From a virus (taxonomy: Duplodnaviria; Heunggongvirae; Uroviricota; Caudoviricetes): DNA of 64,000 nucleotides. A program made the translations under genes and the position numbers. Under the pieces are notes generated by a model. The model made no database searches and was not told the DNA's origin. It saw nothing but the letters and a program-made list of their open reading frames with translations. Location of the stretch: the IMG/VR virus record IMGVR_UViG_3300014204_000008, positions 34,837 through 98,836 of that record; one strand, 5' to 3'. Position 1 is the first letter of the stretch; each line of letters begins with the position of its first letter. Below are positions 27,797 to 38,422 of the stretch, one piece after another.

Positions 27797-28696
27797 ATGA
27801 CTATGCCAAAGACCCATGCAACGAAGAAGGTAGAAAAGAATGTATCATATTTCAACCTTCCTGATAGCGTAGAAAAAGCGATATTTGAATATGCAGGAAT
27901 GTCTTTCACCCCAACAGGGATCAATTTCTTCGATAAGACATTCAACGGTGGACTAGAAGATGGAAGTATCTATCTTTTTGTAGGTCCTGCTAAGTCTGGA
28001 AAGTCAACCATTCTTCGAAGTCTTGGATATTCGATCTCGAAAAAGCGTCCAGTAATTTATGCCAACTTCGAGCAGCTCCATCGAAATGTAACGGCAAAAC
28101 TCTATGAGATGTTTACGGGGACAGATCTTCGAGGGATGCTCCAAGATAATGCAGATGGTGTCTGGGAATCTCTCAAGCTCTTTCCAGACGTTCCATTCTA
28201 TCTCGTGAAGTGGACAGATGCGCTTGATAATAAGGCGTTTAATCTAGAAGTAAAAACTCAGTTGCATGAGAACGTCCGTCAGGTCCGTGAAGAGTTTGGC
28301 GTATCTCCAGTTCTCATTTTGGAAAATCTTACAGATATCTACAATGAACGTATGACTGGTTCTGGAGATTCCCTCTATCAGATCGCAGGACAGACGGCAT
28401 TAGATATTAAGAACTTTGCCATCAAGGAAGAGATCCCCGTTCTCCTTGCTCACCATACACCAAAGATTACAGGTATTCGGCCTACGCTTGATGACGTACG
28501 TGATTCAAAGCGTATTGCTGATATTGCTCACAGTGTATTCTGTATGTTCGCTATAGAAGAGATTGATAGTCTTACTGGAACAACCGTTTCTCGTGAACGC
28601 CATGTTGCGTATATCGGAGGACGAGACTATGGTGAGTACCTCCAAGGGTCTGTAACAGTGCTCCCTAAATTAGAAATTGAGATTAAACCTGAATAG
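27797..28696 (+). CDS. DnaB-like / RecA-fold replicative helicase ATPase
   Basis: Walker A LFVGPAKSGKST, Walker B VLILENL, LLAHHTPK. Start moved to ATG 27797. Confidence 0.55.
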   Translation: MTMPKTHATKKVEKNVSYFNLPDSVEKAIFEYAGMSFTPTGINFFDKTFNGGLEDGSIYLFVGPAKSGKSTILRSLGYSISKKRPVIYANFEQLHRNVTAKLYEMFTGTDLRGMLQDNADGVWESLKLFPDVPFYLVKWTDALDNKAFNLEVKTQLHENVRQVREEFGVSPVLILENLTDIYNERMTGSGDSLYQIAGQTALDIKNFAIKEEIPVLLAHHTPKITGIRPTLDDVRDSKRIADIAHSVFCMFAIEEIDSLTGTTVSRERHVAYIGGRDYGEYLQGSVTVLPKLEIEIKPE

Positions 28697-28698
28697 GT

Positions 28699-29799
28699 AT
28701 GCAGAAAGACGAAGCCCTCATGCTCCTTTCCTCGATTGCAAGTTCACGCAATCGAAAAGATGCATATGATCTCTATCAACAAGTGTCTTCACCAAAAGAT
28801 CTTATTGAGGAACAAGTAAAGAAATATCTTGAGGGCTTCGTCATTCCAACGCTCCATGGTTTGGATAAAAAAAGTTCTACTCTTTCATTTGAAAGTCAGA
28901 TCTCTCTTTTCTCGAAACCGATAGAGGTCTCGTGGAAAGAGTGGATGGAGAACTTTCCCCATGGCGTTGTTGAAGTACGTGAAGATAGAACGAACGGAGA
29001 TGTTCTTCTTCAAGGAATCCCGTATAGTGATGCATGGCCACTTGCAAGAAAAGCAGGAGTTTTCTATTCATTAAATGGTTTCTACGACGCTCCAACACCA
29101 GGTCACGTTCTTCGTCGCTCGGAAGATAACGTACGAAGCTACAATGCAATCTGGTCAGACTTTGATGGGGGTCCAGAAAAGAAACATCTCCTTCTATCGA
29201 AGATCATTTCTCTTCCGTTGACGCCAACGTTCGTGATTGAAACGAAGAACGGATATCACATCATCTATCTTCTTGAAAAGTCATATACAGATGGACCAGT
29301 TTGGCAGAATATTCAGAATGGCATTATCGAGTTTACTGATAGCGACAAAGCTTGTCGTAACGCATCAAGAACACTTCGAATGCCCTCTTCTTGGCACTGT
29401 AAAGGACTTTGGAAAGATCCTCAGGAAAATCCCTATCGAGTTGCTCTTATCTGGAAAGGAAAGCAGAAATATAGTCTAGACGATCTTTCCGAATACTATT
29501 CACCAAAACCTAAGAAGAAATATCAAACAAGATACTACGATCAATTTCAACCAAGCCAAGAGATCAAAATGCCGAATCAATTAAATCTTCCTGTAGGAGG
29601 AAGACACTTGGGATTGCTAGAAGAGGCTGGAAGGATATATGCTCATCTTGATCCGTCAAAAGCTCTAGAAGCACGAGAACTTATTAAACGTTGGTACGCA
29701 TCCGCATCTACAGAAGTAAAACCGAACTTCGAAAAAGAAGTTGACGACATCTGTGATTTCGTTGAACGCCAACAATATGGGAGCATTACATCACGTTGA
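28699..29799 (+). CDS. putative DNA primase / primase-polymerase
   Basis: Position between helicase and RecA. SDFDGG acidic motif. Weak family assignment. Confidence 0.45.
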   Translation: MQKDEALMLLSSIASSRNRKDAYDLYQQVSSPKDLIEEQVKKYLEGFVIPTLHGLDKKSSTLSFESQISLFSKPIEVSWKEWMENFPHGVVEVREDRTNGDVLLQGIPYSDAWPLARKAGVFYSLNGFYDAPTPGHVLRRSEDNVRSYNAIWSDFDGGPEKKHLLLSKIISLPLTPTFVIETKNGYHIIYLLEKSYTDGPVWQNIQNGIIEFTDSDKACRNASRTLRMPSSWHCKGLWKDPQENPYRVALIWKGKQKYSLDDLSEYYSPKPKKKYQTRYYDQFQPSQEIKMPNQLNLPVGGRHLGLLEEAGRIYAHLDPSKALEARELIKRWYASASTEVKPNFEKEVDDICDFVERQQYGSITSR

Positions 29800-29800
29800 T

Positions 29801-30037
29801 ATGCCAATAGATAGAAATGACATTATCTCGATCTGTGAAGAGATGAACGTTCCAGAAGAAACGATCTTCGAAATAATTACGTATATTGATTCACACAAGA
29901 ACGATGATCCTAAATCAGTTGATGCGATTTCTCAAACTCAAGGAATAACTCTTGAAGAACAAATCGCCGCAGAAACGGATTGGAAGAAAAAGACAGCATT
30001 AATTGCAATGAAAATATCAAGAGATATTCAAATATAA
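29801..30037 (+). CDS. hypothetical acidic small protein
   Basis: ATG 29801 directly after the primase stop. Confidence 0.4.
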   Translation: MPIDRNDIISICEEMNVPEETIFEIITYIDSHKNDDPKSVDAISQTQGITLEEQIAAETDWKKKTALIAMKISRDIQI

Positions 30038-30041
30038 ATCT

Positions 30042-30212
30042 ATGCCTACCATAAAAATTGGAGATAAGAAACCTACCTGTTCGATAGAAGGTTGTTCTAG
30101 GACATGTCGAAATAAGGGTTTAACTCCTAGCGGAAAAAGAAAATACATGAACATTTGCCCAACGCATTTTTTGAAGAAAAAAAGATTAAAGAATAAGGAA
30201 CAATTAGTATGA
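30042..30212 (+). CDS. small zinc-binding protein (56 aa, not in ORF track)
   Basis: CSIEGCSRTC ... CPTHF. Stop overlaps the recA start (ATGA). Confidence 0.35.
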   Translation: MPTIKIGDKKPTCSIEGCSRTCRNKGLTPSGKRKYMNICPTHFLKKKRLKNKEQLV

Positions 30213-31291
30213 TCAAAAAACAAGCAGCAGAAGGAGCAAAGACGCTTTCAGAAATTCTAAAAGAAGCGAGAAAGAAGTATGGAGAAGGGACGCTCGCTTT
30301 TGCCGATGACTTTGAAAGTCTTAATCTCGAAGTCATCCCTACGAATTGCTATTCGCTTGATGATGTCTTCGGCGTAGGCGGACTTCCACGTGGTCGCATC
30401 ATCGAGATCTTCGGTCAACCGTCAGGAGGGAAAACAGCAATGTGCCTCTACCTCATCGCTCAGGCTCAGAAGGAAGGAAAGACAGCGGCATTTATTGATG
30501 CCGAATATTCTTATTCAAGCGATTATGCACAGAAGCTCGGTGTAGATACGAAAGAGCTTGTCTATATGCGACCAGAGACGGGTGAGGATGTCTTTGACGT
30601 TGTAGAGGATCTTGTGAAGTCAGGAGAGGTCGCGATCATTATCGTCGATTCAACTGCTGCTCTCATTCCAGCTTCTGAAGCAGAGGGGGAGATTTCTGAT
30701 TCGACAATCGCTCTTCAAGCCAGACTTCTCGGCAAAGGTCTTCGGCGGATGATTCCGTTCGTCTCCAAGACGAATACGACTGTCATATTCATCTCGCAGA
30801 CACGAGATCGTATTGGCGGATACGGACCAACGAAAGAATCTACCGGTGGGAATGCTCTCAAGTTCTTTGCTTCTGTAAGACTTGAAGTGAATAAATTGAA
30901 AGGCATTGAATCAGATGGAGCTTTGATTGGTAACCGTCTTAAAATCAAGGCTGTGAAAAATAAAGTAGCACCTCCGTTCAGAGAAGCAGAAATCGAACTT
31001 TACTTTGAGAGAGGTATTGATCAGATTCTCGATCTTATTGATTATGCAGAACGTTATGAAATCATCGAAAAAGCAGGCCACACGTACAGCTTCGAAGGCG
31101 AAAAAATCGGGGTTGGTAAAGAAAATGCCTGCAAAGAAGTCTCAGAAAACCAAGATCTCCAGAAAAAAATTAGAACCAAAGTCGAAGCGTTTAGATCTAA
31201 AAAAGACCCATCGGAAAATAAAGGAGAAAGCAAAGAAGGAAAGCGTTCCAGAGCAACCGATCAAGATCAAAAACGCGAAGACGCGTCTTGA
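30209..31291 (+). CDS. recA: RecA recombinase
   Basis: GRIIEIFGQPSGGKTA Walker A, AAFIDAEYSY, IIIVDS, FISQTRDRIGGYGPTKESTGGNALKFFASVRLEV. Confidence 0.85.
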   Translation: MIKKQAAEGAKTLSEILKEARKKYGEGTLAFADDFESLNLEVIPTNCYSLDDVFGVGGLPRGRIIEIFGQPSGGKTAMCLYLIAQAQKEGKTAAFIDAEYSYSSDYAQKLGVDTKELVYMRPETGEDVFDVVEDLVKSGEVAIIIVDSTAALIPASEAEGEISDSTIALQARLLGKGLRRMIPFVSKTNTTVIFISQTRDRIGGYGPTKESTGGNALKFFASVRLEVNKLKGIESDGALIGNRLKIKAVKNKVAPPFREAEIELYFERGIDQILDLIDYAERYEIIEKAGHTYSFEGEKIGVGKENACKEVSENQDLQKKIRTKVEAFRSKKDPSENKGESKEGKRSRATDQDQKREDAS

Positions 31292-31298
31292 TTCTCAC

Positions 31299-31847
31299 GT
31301 GTTTGCAATCAAAGAAGTTCTAGATGAACATCTTAAGAAAGAAGGTACGCTACAAGGTGTAGGGAATCATATATTCTTTATATCGACACGAAAGAATACG
31401 ATAGAAGAGATTATTGCATCAGCGCATATTTCTTTTGAAGAAGATGCTACGAAGACAGTAAAGAAGTTCGCATTCGATGCTGCAAAACTTAGAACGAATA
31501 TCCCTGTAGGTTTCTGTTTCCTATTCGAATCTTCTGTTCAGGTAAAGGATAAGAAAACGAATGGTGTAAAAATCTTACCACACACAATCTGCATTTCAGC
31601 TCAAACGTTAGATGGGCAATCACGTTTTGAAATGCTTGAAGAAGACGGTGACCATCTCGTGCATGTTCCAACGGAAGTTATGCCAGAGACCTTGAATGGA
31701 AAATGGGTAATCGTTCCAACGGATGAGGAAATGAAATCTTTCACAGAAAAGAATATCCCTGCGTATCAAGATAAGTTTCTGAAAACGATTGTAGACGAAT
31801 ACTTGTTTTATAAATTGTTTTCAACTGTTGGGATAGTTACCAACTAA
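31299..31847 (+). CDS. hypothetical protein (start uncertain)
   Basis: The track ORF starts at 31005 inside recA. GTG 31299 is the first plausible start after the recA stop. Confidence 0.35.
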   Translation: MFAIKEVLDEHLKKEGTLQGVGNHIFFISTRKNTIEEIIASAHISFEEDATKTVKKFAFDAAKLRTNIPVGFCFLFESSVQVKDKKTNGVKILPHTICISAQTLDGQSRFEMLEEDGDHLVHVPTEVMPETLNGKWVIVPTDEEMKSFTEKNIPAYQDKFLKTIVDEYLFYKLFSTVGIVTN

Positions 31848-31853
31848 AAACAC

Positions 31854-31882
31854 TTGACAAGTTCATAAAATTGTGCTATGCT
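31854..31882 (+). promoter_or_regulatory. sigma70-type promoter, family copy
   Basis: cacTTGACAagttcataaaattgtgcTATGCT. Confidence 0.6.
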
Positions 31883-31929
31883 AACGTAGCACTCGAACTT
31901 TCAAAAAAGCGCACTAACCGTATACGACT

Positions 31930-32553
31930 ATGAGTGACATTAACATCTTCGAAGAAGGAGTAAAGCCAACGGGTGAATGGATTAAGCTTGCAAATGTAGG
32001 TGACCGTTTTCAGGGTACTTATATTGGGAAGTTTAAGTCTGTTGACCAGAAGTATCATACCGAACAGATCGTCTATAAATTCATTAAGGATCGAAAGCTC
32101 TATTTCTGGGGTGTTCGGGCAACAAAGGTGCCTGTCCACAAGCAGATGAGTGCCGTGAATCCTGGTCAAATTGTAGGCGTGGTTTTTACGAAAGAACTTG
32201 CTCCAGAGAAAGGACAGAATCCTACAAAGATCTATGAGATCTTTTCAAAGGCTGATGCCATCGAAGAGGGTTGGGAGAAACTAGCTGCTGAATACAGAGG
32301 TGTCGGAGCTTATGATCCTGATTCACAGGATTTTGAGGAAGACGCACTTGCGCCTGCTGAAGATCCATTCTCTTCAACGCCAAGTGCTCAACCTCAGGTA
32401 CCAACAGATGACCTTTTGAAAGAGATTAATATGATCTCTCGTCTCAAATTCCTTGCTGATTCGCAAGAAGAGATAAAGCAAAAGGTAGAAGAATTTACAG
32501 GTTTAGCTTTCATCCCTGGGAACTTTCCAGAGATTCTAAGCAAGCTTAAATAG
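31930..32553 (+). CDS. hypothetical protein (207 aa, acidic C-terminal half)
   Basis: ORF downstream of the promoter. Confidence 0.5.
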   Translation: MSDINIFEEGVKPTGEWIKLANVGDRFQGTYIGKFKSVDQKYHTEQIVYKFIKDRKLYFWGVRATKVPVHKQMSAVNPGQIVGVVFTKELAPEKGQNPTKIYEIFSKADAIEEGWEKLAAEYRGVGAYDPDSQDFEEDALAPAEDPFSSTPSAQPQVPTDDLLKEINMISRLKFLADSQEEIKQKVEEFTGLAFIPGNFPEILSKLK

Positions 32554-32597
32554 GAAGACTTAAAAAGAAAACGCGCTTTGTTGAAAGATCGAGCATA

Positions 32598-33095
32598 ATG
32601 AATATTACTATGAAAATTACCATTGTTAGAAACGATGTTCCAGTTACCATCGAGATGGATGCATCCGAAGTAACAGATATCTCATCCTTCCTAGAAACGA
32701 TTAGCAATCCATCTCCTCGGTCACGTTTCTTGGATAAGACGAGAACGATTGATGTGAAATCTGTTTTAAGGAAAATGTCTCCGATTAAGAGTGAAAGGGC
32801 TGAAATTGAAGTATCAAATTCTTGGAATGATGACGATATTTCTACTATTGTCGATGGTATCTTAGAAGGGAAACGTCCGAATGAAATTGCAAATGATAAG
32901 AAGCTTACGTCACGTCATCCTTTCAGTAGCATTACTTGGCACGTCTATCAGGCAGCAGCTCCTGGGAAGGATCGCACAAAGTTCCAGATCCAGGTTTCGA
33001 AATTCTTAGCTGAAAAATTTCAGGGAACTCGAAATGAGCTTCATGAAAAATATCGAGAATTTCGCATTGCAAGCCGAGAGAAAAACGTATCTTAA
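32598..33095 (+). CDS. hypothetical protein (165 aa)
   Basis: ORF. Confidence 0.5.
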   Translation: MNITMKITIVRNDVPVTIEMDASEVTDISSFLETISNPSPRSRFLDKTRTIDVKSVLRKMSPIKSERAEIEVSNSWNDDDISTIVDGILEGKRPNEIANDKKLTSRHPFSSITWHVYQAAAPGKDRTKFQIQVSKFLAEKFQGTRNELHEKYREFRIASREKNVS

Positions 33096-33123
33096 GTAAT
33101 TAAGTCGTTAAAACGAAATACCC

Positions 33124-34191
33124 ATGAAAATCGGAATCGTAGGAGATTTGCATTTCAAAGATTCTTTAAGCTTTTCATTTAGCGTTAAAGATCATAGAGA
33201 AAAAGAAAAGCAAGATGTGCTTCAGACGATCATCTCGTCTCTTGCCGACTGCGATTCCGTTGTTTTCATGGGAGATCAACTTGATACGAAGCAGAGTTCT
33301 CCGCACGTTATTAAAGACTTCATTACGTTTATCGAAGCATTTCATGACAAACAATTATTCTTTCTTGCCGGTAATCATGAAAAATGGGGAGATGGGAGAT
33401 CTGCTATAGATTTTTTACGTGAAGTGAAGAACAAGCAATGGCACGTTATTTCAAATTCTATTTTAAGAACTTTTATAGATGGAAAACGTTTTGTATTTCT
33501 ACCATATTTCACACCTTCTGAATTAGAACGAAGATGGGGTGGCCAAGATAAGCAAGAGAATGTTGAACGTATTCTTGCAGAATTGCATGGAGAGTTTCTC
33601 TTTGCACATCATGCAATTAGTGGTGTTGAAACGTATGAAGGACAAACAGATCTCTTTAAAGAGATTGTTCTTCCAATGGAAAAACTTCTTGAAAAGATTC
33701 CAATCGTATTCGCTGGTCATATTCATAAACCAGGTGTTTATACCTTCGGATCTAAATTTTGTTGTATGACTGGATCAATATTTACCAAGAACGTTGGTGA
33801 GGATGAGAAATTCGTATGGAAACTTGATATAGATTCAAAACAATTGGAAAGAGTTCAGCTCCCCGTTCGTCCAATAAAGCGAATTTCTTCAGAACATCTT
33901 TCAGCATCTGAACTTGAAGAAATGCTCGAAAGCTGTCCATCAGATAGTATCTTGCGAATTATAAATACGAATCCAGAACTTTCATTCGAAAATATCTTAA
34001 AGAAGACAAAACAGTTTGACGGTGTTAGTATCAAGAATGAGTTTGTAAAGATACGTAAACAGATTCAGATTGATGAAGATGAGTTTCATCAAAAAGATAT
34101 TCCAGGTCTTCTAAGAATATTCGCAAAAATAAGGAACTTACCTGAAGAAGATGTTCTTCAAGGCTTCGATCTCATCCCGAATACCGTATGA
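33124..34191 (+). CDS. sbcD: SbcD/Mre11-family nuclease
   Basis: Calcineurin-like phosphoesterase motifs GDLHF, GDQLD, GNHE, GHIH. Confidence 0.8.
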   Translation: MKIGIVGDLHFKDSLSFSFSVKDHREKEKQDVLQTIISSLADCDSVVFMGDQLDTKQSSPHVIKDFITFIEAFHDKQLFFLAGNHEKWGDGRSAIDFLREVKNKQWHVISNSILRTFIDGKRFVFLPYFTPSELERRWGGQDKQENVERILAELHGEFLFAHHAISGVETYEGQTDLFKEIVLPMEKLLEKIPIVFAGHIHKPGVYTFGSKFCCMTGSIFTKNVGEDEKFVWKLDIDSKQLERVQLPVRPIKRISSEHLSASELEEMLESCPSDSILRIINTNPELSFENILKKTKQFDGVSIKNEFVKIRKQIQIDEDEFHQKDIPGLLRIFAKIRNLPEEDVLQGFDLIPNTV

Positions 34192-34751
34192 AATATATCT
34201 CTATTGGTTTAGATCTTTCGTTATGTCGAACAGGTATATCTATTATTGAAAGAGACGGTGTTTCAAAAAAAGAAGCTATTGAAACGTCTATCGTCACTTC
34301 AAAACCACCTGAAGAAAAATCTTATGCAACAGAAGCTCTTCGATTACTAGAAATAGCATCTTCTATTCTTAAGGTTGAAGAAAGGTTTGATTTTAAGAAA
34401 GTAAAAGTCTTATTTGTCCTCGAAGGCTTTGCTTACCTCGCACATAATACTTCAGCCGTATTTCAATTAGCTGGTCTTAGTTATCTTATACGGACATCTC
34501 TTGCTAAGAGGTCAATTCCATTTGTCGTAGTACAGCCAACGACATTGAAAAAGTTCATCACTGGAAAAGGAAATTCTCCAAAGGACATTGTTATGATGGA
34601 CATCCTTCGACTCTATGATAGGAGGATCATAGATAATAACGAAGCCGACGCTTTTGGACTTGCTCGAATTGGGATGGATCTTATGCAAGGTTCTAAGAAA
34701 TTGTTAAAACATCAAGAAGAAGTCCTTACACTCTTAAGATCACAACTATGA
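34188..34751 (+). CDS. RuvC-like Holliday-junction resolvase
   Basis: IGLDLSLCRTGISII matches GIDPG.R.TG. VLEGF carries the catalytic Glu. GKGNSPKD and NEADAFGLARIG match the C-terminal DA..A motif. Confidence 0.5.
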   Translation: MKYISIGLDLSLCRTGISIIERDGVSKKEAIETSIVTSKPPEEKSYATEALRLLEIASSILKVEERFDFKKVKVLFVLEGFAYLAHNTSAVFQLAGLSYLIRTSLAKRSIPFVVVQPTTLKKFITGKGNSPKDIVMMDILRLYDRRIIDNNEADAFGLARIGMDLMQGSKKLLKHQEEVLTLLRSQL

Positions 34752-35029
34752 ACTCCCCAAATTCTATTAAAGGTCTCTTTCCACTCCCATGTCCACATTG
34801 TGGAGTGATGAACTATGCAGCATTAGAAACTCAGATTCCATCAATCCAAAAGATCTATTCTCAGGAAGAGATTGATATGGCAAAAGAGGAAGTCATGAAT
34901 AGGATTAGAACAAAGAATCTTTCAGAAGAAATCTTATGGAGTATCTCACAAAAGATTTCTGATAAGGATACGTTATTTGCTCCTGAAGACGTTGATAATG
35001 TTGTTGAACAGCTTCTTGCAGAGGTTTAA
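34748..35029 (+). CDS. small protein with CPHCG motif
   Basis: ORF. Confidence 0.45.
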   Translation: MNSPNSIKGLFPLPCPHCGVMNYAALETQIPSIQKIYSQEEIDMAKEEVMNRIRTKNLSEEILWSISQKISDKDTLFAPEDVDNVVEQLLAEV

Positions 35030-35038
35030 TCTCATCAC

Positions 35039-37132
35039 ATGATCTTATTAGTTTCTCTTGAGTTGAAAGGATTCTTGAGTCACAAAGATACGAAAATATC
35101 TTTTGAACCTCAAGAACGTCTTTTGATTGATGGAGAAATAGGAGCTGGAAAGACTTCGATCATAGAGGCGATCGAATGGATTCTATACGAGAAGGCTAGG
35201 AATAAGACTGTTATCAATTTCGATGAAGATAAAGTTACTGGTATTCTTACTTTAAAGAATGGAGATGTCTTCATTAGAATCACCAGATCTTTAACAAAGG
35301 ATCGTGCAGGGACTTTATCTGTTCAAGAGTCTGATTCGATTGATGGGAAGTTTATCTCGATAGGCGTATCGGGAAAGAAAAATCTTCAAGCATGGATAGA
35401 ACGTGATTTTCTTTCTTGTCCGTATGAATTATTCATTAATTCAATCATCTATCCTCAACATTCACGAGAATCGTTCGTCTCACTTTCCGCATCACAAAGG
35501 AAGAGCCTCCTTCTCCAAATGTCTGGCTTAGATGATCTTAGTTCCTATTATGTAAAAGCATCTGATGAAATCAAGAAGCGTTTAACAGAAATATCTTCAC
35601 TCGTTGTAGAGAAACAGTCGATAGATTCTTCTCTAAAACGTCTTCCGATCCTTGAAGAAGAACTAGAGAAAACGAAAAAGAAACTATCAGAAGCTGAAGA
35701 TACTCTTCTTCAAAAGAAGACATTGCTAGATGAAAGAAGAGCATTAATGGTACCATTTAAAAGCGTTAGAAATGAGTATAAAATCATTTCTGATAAGCTT
35801 TTAAGACAACGAAGTTCGTTGAATATCATTGAATCAAGGATTTCTAAACTGAATGAGGAAAAGAGCCTTAAAGCAACGAAACAGGACATCAATTCTTTAT
35901 TATCAGAATTAGAAACGATTGATTCTCAGTTGCATAAGATTCAAAAGAAAATAAATGAATCGAATCTCCTTGAACAAGAAATCCGATTAATTGTTTCTTC
36001 TAAACCAAATGAAATTCCATATGCAGACTCTATATTAAAAGCCCAAGAAGAACTTCAAAAGATCAGAGAAGAACATACATCGAAATGTATTCTTCGTGAC
36101 GAATGTTTAAACTTCAAAGAACTTCTTACGACGAAAACCTCGTATATTGAAGAAATGATCAAGGACAGGTCTGAGCTTCTCTTCAACCAGGAAGAAAGAA
36201 AAAAAGAATATACTGAACGACTTGAAGCTCTCCTCCAAAAGAAAATCCAATACGAATCAGTGACGATTGAATACTCTTCATTGTTAAAAAAGAAGACAGA
36301 ACTTGAAGATATTAAGAAAGTATTTCTTGAAAATGAACAATCGTATAAAGAATTGCTAGAATTCAATCTCAAACGCGATGCAACATTCGAGCAAATCGAG
36401 GAGCTAGAGAAAGAACTCATTCATCTAGAAGAAACAGCTTTCGATGAAAAGCAATTCGAATCTATTCGACAAGAGATAGAAATACTTGAAAAGGAAATTC
36501 AAGAACTCGAAGTTAGTATTCGTCTCTTTTCTACAAAGATTGGTGAGTTAGGCGGTACGATGAAGATGATCACTGAGATGAAAGAAAGAGGGATACTTAT
36601 CGAATCTTCTATCGAAGAAAAACGTTCTGAATGTAGAAAACTTGGATACGTCAAAGATGCTTTCGGTGCAAATGGAATTCAAACAATCGCTATTGAGCTT
36701 CTTCTACCGAAGATCGAGCGAAGTGCAAATGAGATCCTATCACAACTATCGGACTTTTCTATCGGATTCGAAACTCAGAAATCCTCTCTAGACGGAGATA
36801 CAACAATTGAGGGTCTCTTTATCAACATTACAAACCCAGAAGGAAAGGTATCTGACTTTTCGTCATTTTCTGGCGGAGAACGTCTAGCTATCACGATAGC
36901 CATTTCTGAGGCTTTTGCTTCCATCCAGAAGATAGGATTTCGGGTCATCGACGAACTCTTCGTTGGTCTAGACGCGAAAAGCATCCCAAGCTTTATCGAA
37001 ACGTTGCAGAAGATTCAGGGAAGATTCGATCAAATGCTTTGCATATCGCACCTTCAAGAGGTTAAAAATGAATTTGAGAAGAAGATATACGTTGAAAAGC
37101 TTCATGGAATCTCATCCGTAACCTGTGTATAA
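35039..37132 (+). CDS. sbcC: SbcC/Rad50-family ATPase
   Basis: Walker A GEIGAGKTS, long coiled coil, signature FSGGERLAITIAISEA, Walker B VIDELFVGLD. Confidence 0.8.
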   Translation: MILLVSLELKGFLSHKDTKISFEPQERLLIDGEIGAGKTSIIEAIEWILYEKARNKTVINFDEDKVTGILTLKNGDVFIRITRSLTKDRAGTLSVQESDSIDGKFISIGVSGKKNLQAWIERDFLSCPYELFINSIIYPQHSRESFVSLSASQRKSLLLQMSGLDDLSSYYVKASDEIKKRLTEISSLVVEKQSIDSSLKRLPILEEELEKTKKKLSEAEDTLLQKKTLLDERRALMVPFKSVRNEYKIISDKLLRQRSSLNIIESRISKLNEEKSLKATKQDINSLLSELETIDSQLHKIQKKINESNLLEQEIRLIVSSKPNEIPYADSILKAQEELQKIREEHTSKCILRDECLNFKELLTTKTSYIEEMIKDRSELLFNQEERKKEYTERLEALLQKKIQYESVTIEYSSLLKKKTELEDIKKVFLENEQSYKELLEFNLKRDATFEQIEELEKELIHLEETAFDEKQFESIRQEIEILEKEIQELEVSIRLFSTKIGELGGTMKMITEMKERGILIESSIEEKRSECRKLGYVKDAFGANGIQTIAIELLLPKIERSANEILSQLSDFSIGFETQKSSLDGDTTIEGLFINITNPEGKVSDFSSFSGGERLAITIAISEAFASIQKIGFRVIDELFVGLDAKSIPSFIETLQKIQGRFDQMLCISHLQEVKNEFEKKIYVEKLHGISSVTCV

Positions 37133-37139
37133 GTACCAC

Positions 37140-37168
37140 TTGACAAGTATCGAGAAATGTGTTATAGT
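37140..37168 (+). promoter_or_regulatory. sigma70-type promoter, family copy
   Basis: cacTTGACAagtatcgagaaatgtgtTATAGT. Confidence 0.6.
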
Positions 37169-37190
37169 GGGTTAACAATAAAGAACACAT

Positions 37191-37589
37191 ATGCCAATCG
37201 ACATTGATGAACAGATTGATTTTCAAGACCAGGTATACTATGAAGAATATGGAAGTATCCTTCATCGTCTGGAAACTGAACCGATGAGTGCTGAAGAAGT
37301 AGGTAAGATTATCATGAAGTTTGCTCAGTATTTTTCAGAATACAATATTCGATTGACGGCTTCTGAGCGGAGGATGGCCCTCGTTGCAGAAGAGATCGAA
37401 AATCGACGTGATGAGAACAATAAGCCAATTACATCCGCGAAGGCAAAAGTCTTCCTTGATGCGACAGCTGAAGCTTCTCAACGCGATATCATCAAGACCC
37501 ACCTTCAGAATGTTGAGAACTGTATTGCAGCTCTCAAATCACTTCAAAAGGGTCTTCTGAACGAATTCCATCAGATGTCGTCAACATAA
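37191..37589 (+). CDS. hypothetical protein (132 aa)
   Basis: ORF. Confidence 0.5.
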   Translation: MPIDIDEQIDFQDQVYYEEYGSILHRLETEPMSAEEVGKIIMKFAQYFSEYNIRLTASERRMALVAEEIENRRDENNKPITSAKAKVFLDATAEASQRDIIKTHLQNVENCIAALKSLQKGLLNEFHQMSST

Positions 37590-37625
37590 CAAACTGGTCA
37601 AAGATCATTCATTCGTAAGCAAACT

Positions 37626-37832
37626 ATGAATAGCATCCTCAGCTTCTTTCGCAACATTCTCTTAAATGAGAATGACAGACTTCTCCAAAAAATGGGTATT
37701 GAATCTCGGAAAGGGATTCCTACATTTCTAGGAAAAGCAATTGCAAATGAACTAGCTTTCCGTGAGAATCGTGCAAACGTTATCGCGATCGCTAATTCAT
37801 TCAAGGAATCAACCAAGAAGAAAAAAGATTAA
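37626..37832 (+). CDS. hypothetical small protein
   Basis: ORF. Confidence 0.35.
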   Translation: MNSILSFFRNILLNENDRLLQKMGIESRKGIPTFLGKAIANELAFRENRANVIAIANSFKESTKKKKD

Positions 37833-37848
37833 TTAACAATGAAAATGT

Positions 37849-38415
37849 ATGTCTACGTGCTGTGCAAAAGAGTGTGAGTTGAAGAAAAATGGCGACATCA
37901 ATATTGGAGAAACTGTTTCTTGGCATAATCGCCAGAATGGTTATTCTGGGACTGGTATTGTTGTGACGGGCAAGTGTAGATCAGAAGATGGGGTAATAAA
38001 ATGGCTCATCAAGGTTACTAACGATGGTTTCAAAATTTCTGGCAAGTCTCCCGAAGCTAAGGATGCTCTCGTCTACTGGGGGGTGAAGAAGGGTTCTGGT
38101 CCTTATCAATGGGCAACATTCGTCGAGACCCACGACGGACGTTACATTGGAAATATTAATTTATTAATGAACAAAACTATGCCAAGCGCATCAAGTGTCA
38201 ACGTAGACGTTCTCTCATTCCTTCGTAACTCCGAACTTACGGATGACGACAAGCTCCTGATCGAACTCGGTCTTGAAGATCCAACGCACGTACCAACGGC
38301 GAAGGGTATCCAGATCGCACAGGAATTGATCTACCGTGACAAGCGGGCTGAGATCATCACGATCGCTCAGAAGTTGAAGGCAGAACAGGACAAGGAGAAG
38401 GAATCTTCAAACTAG
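37849..38415 (+). CDS. hypothetical protein (188 aa)
   Basis: ORF. Confidence 0.5.
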   Translation: MSTCCAKECELKKNGDINIGETVSWHNRQNGYSGTGIVVTGKCRSEDGVIKWLIKVTNDGFKISGKSPEAKDALVYWGVKKGSGPYQWATFVETHDGRYIGNINLLMNKTMPSASSVNVDVLSFLRNSELTDDDKLLIELGLEDPTHVPTAKGIQIAQELIYRDKRAEIITIAQKLKAEQDKEKESSN

Positions 38416-38422
38416 TCAAAAA

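Noticed and set aside
31005-31298. Lys-rich N-terminal extension of ORF 31005-31847 overlapping recA by about 290 nt
   Set aside because: An overlap that large is implausible. The K-rich stretch is the alternate frame of the acidic recA C-terminus. The start was moved to GTG 31299 at low confidence.
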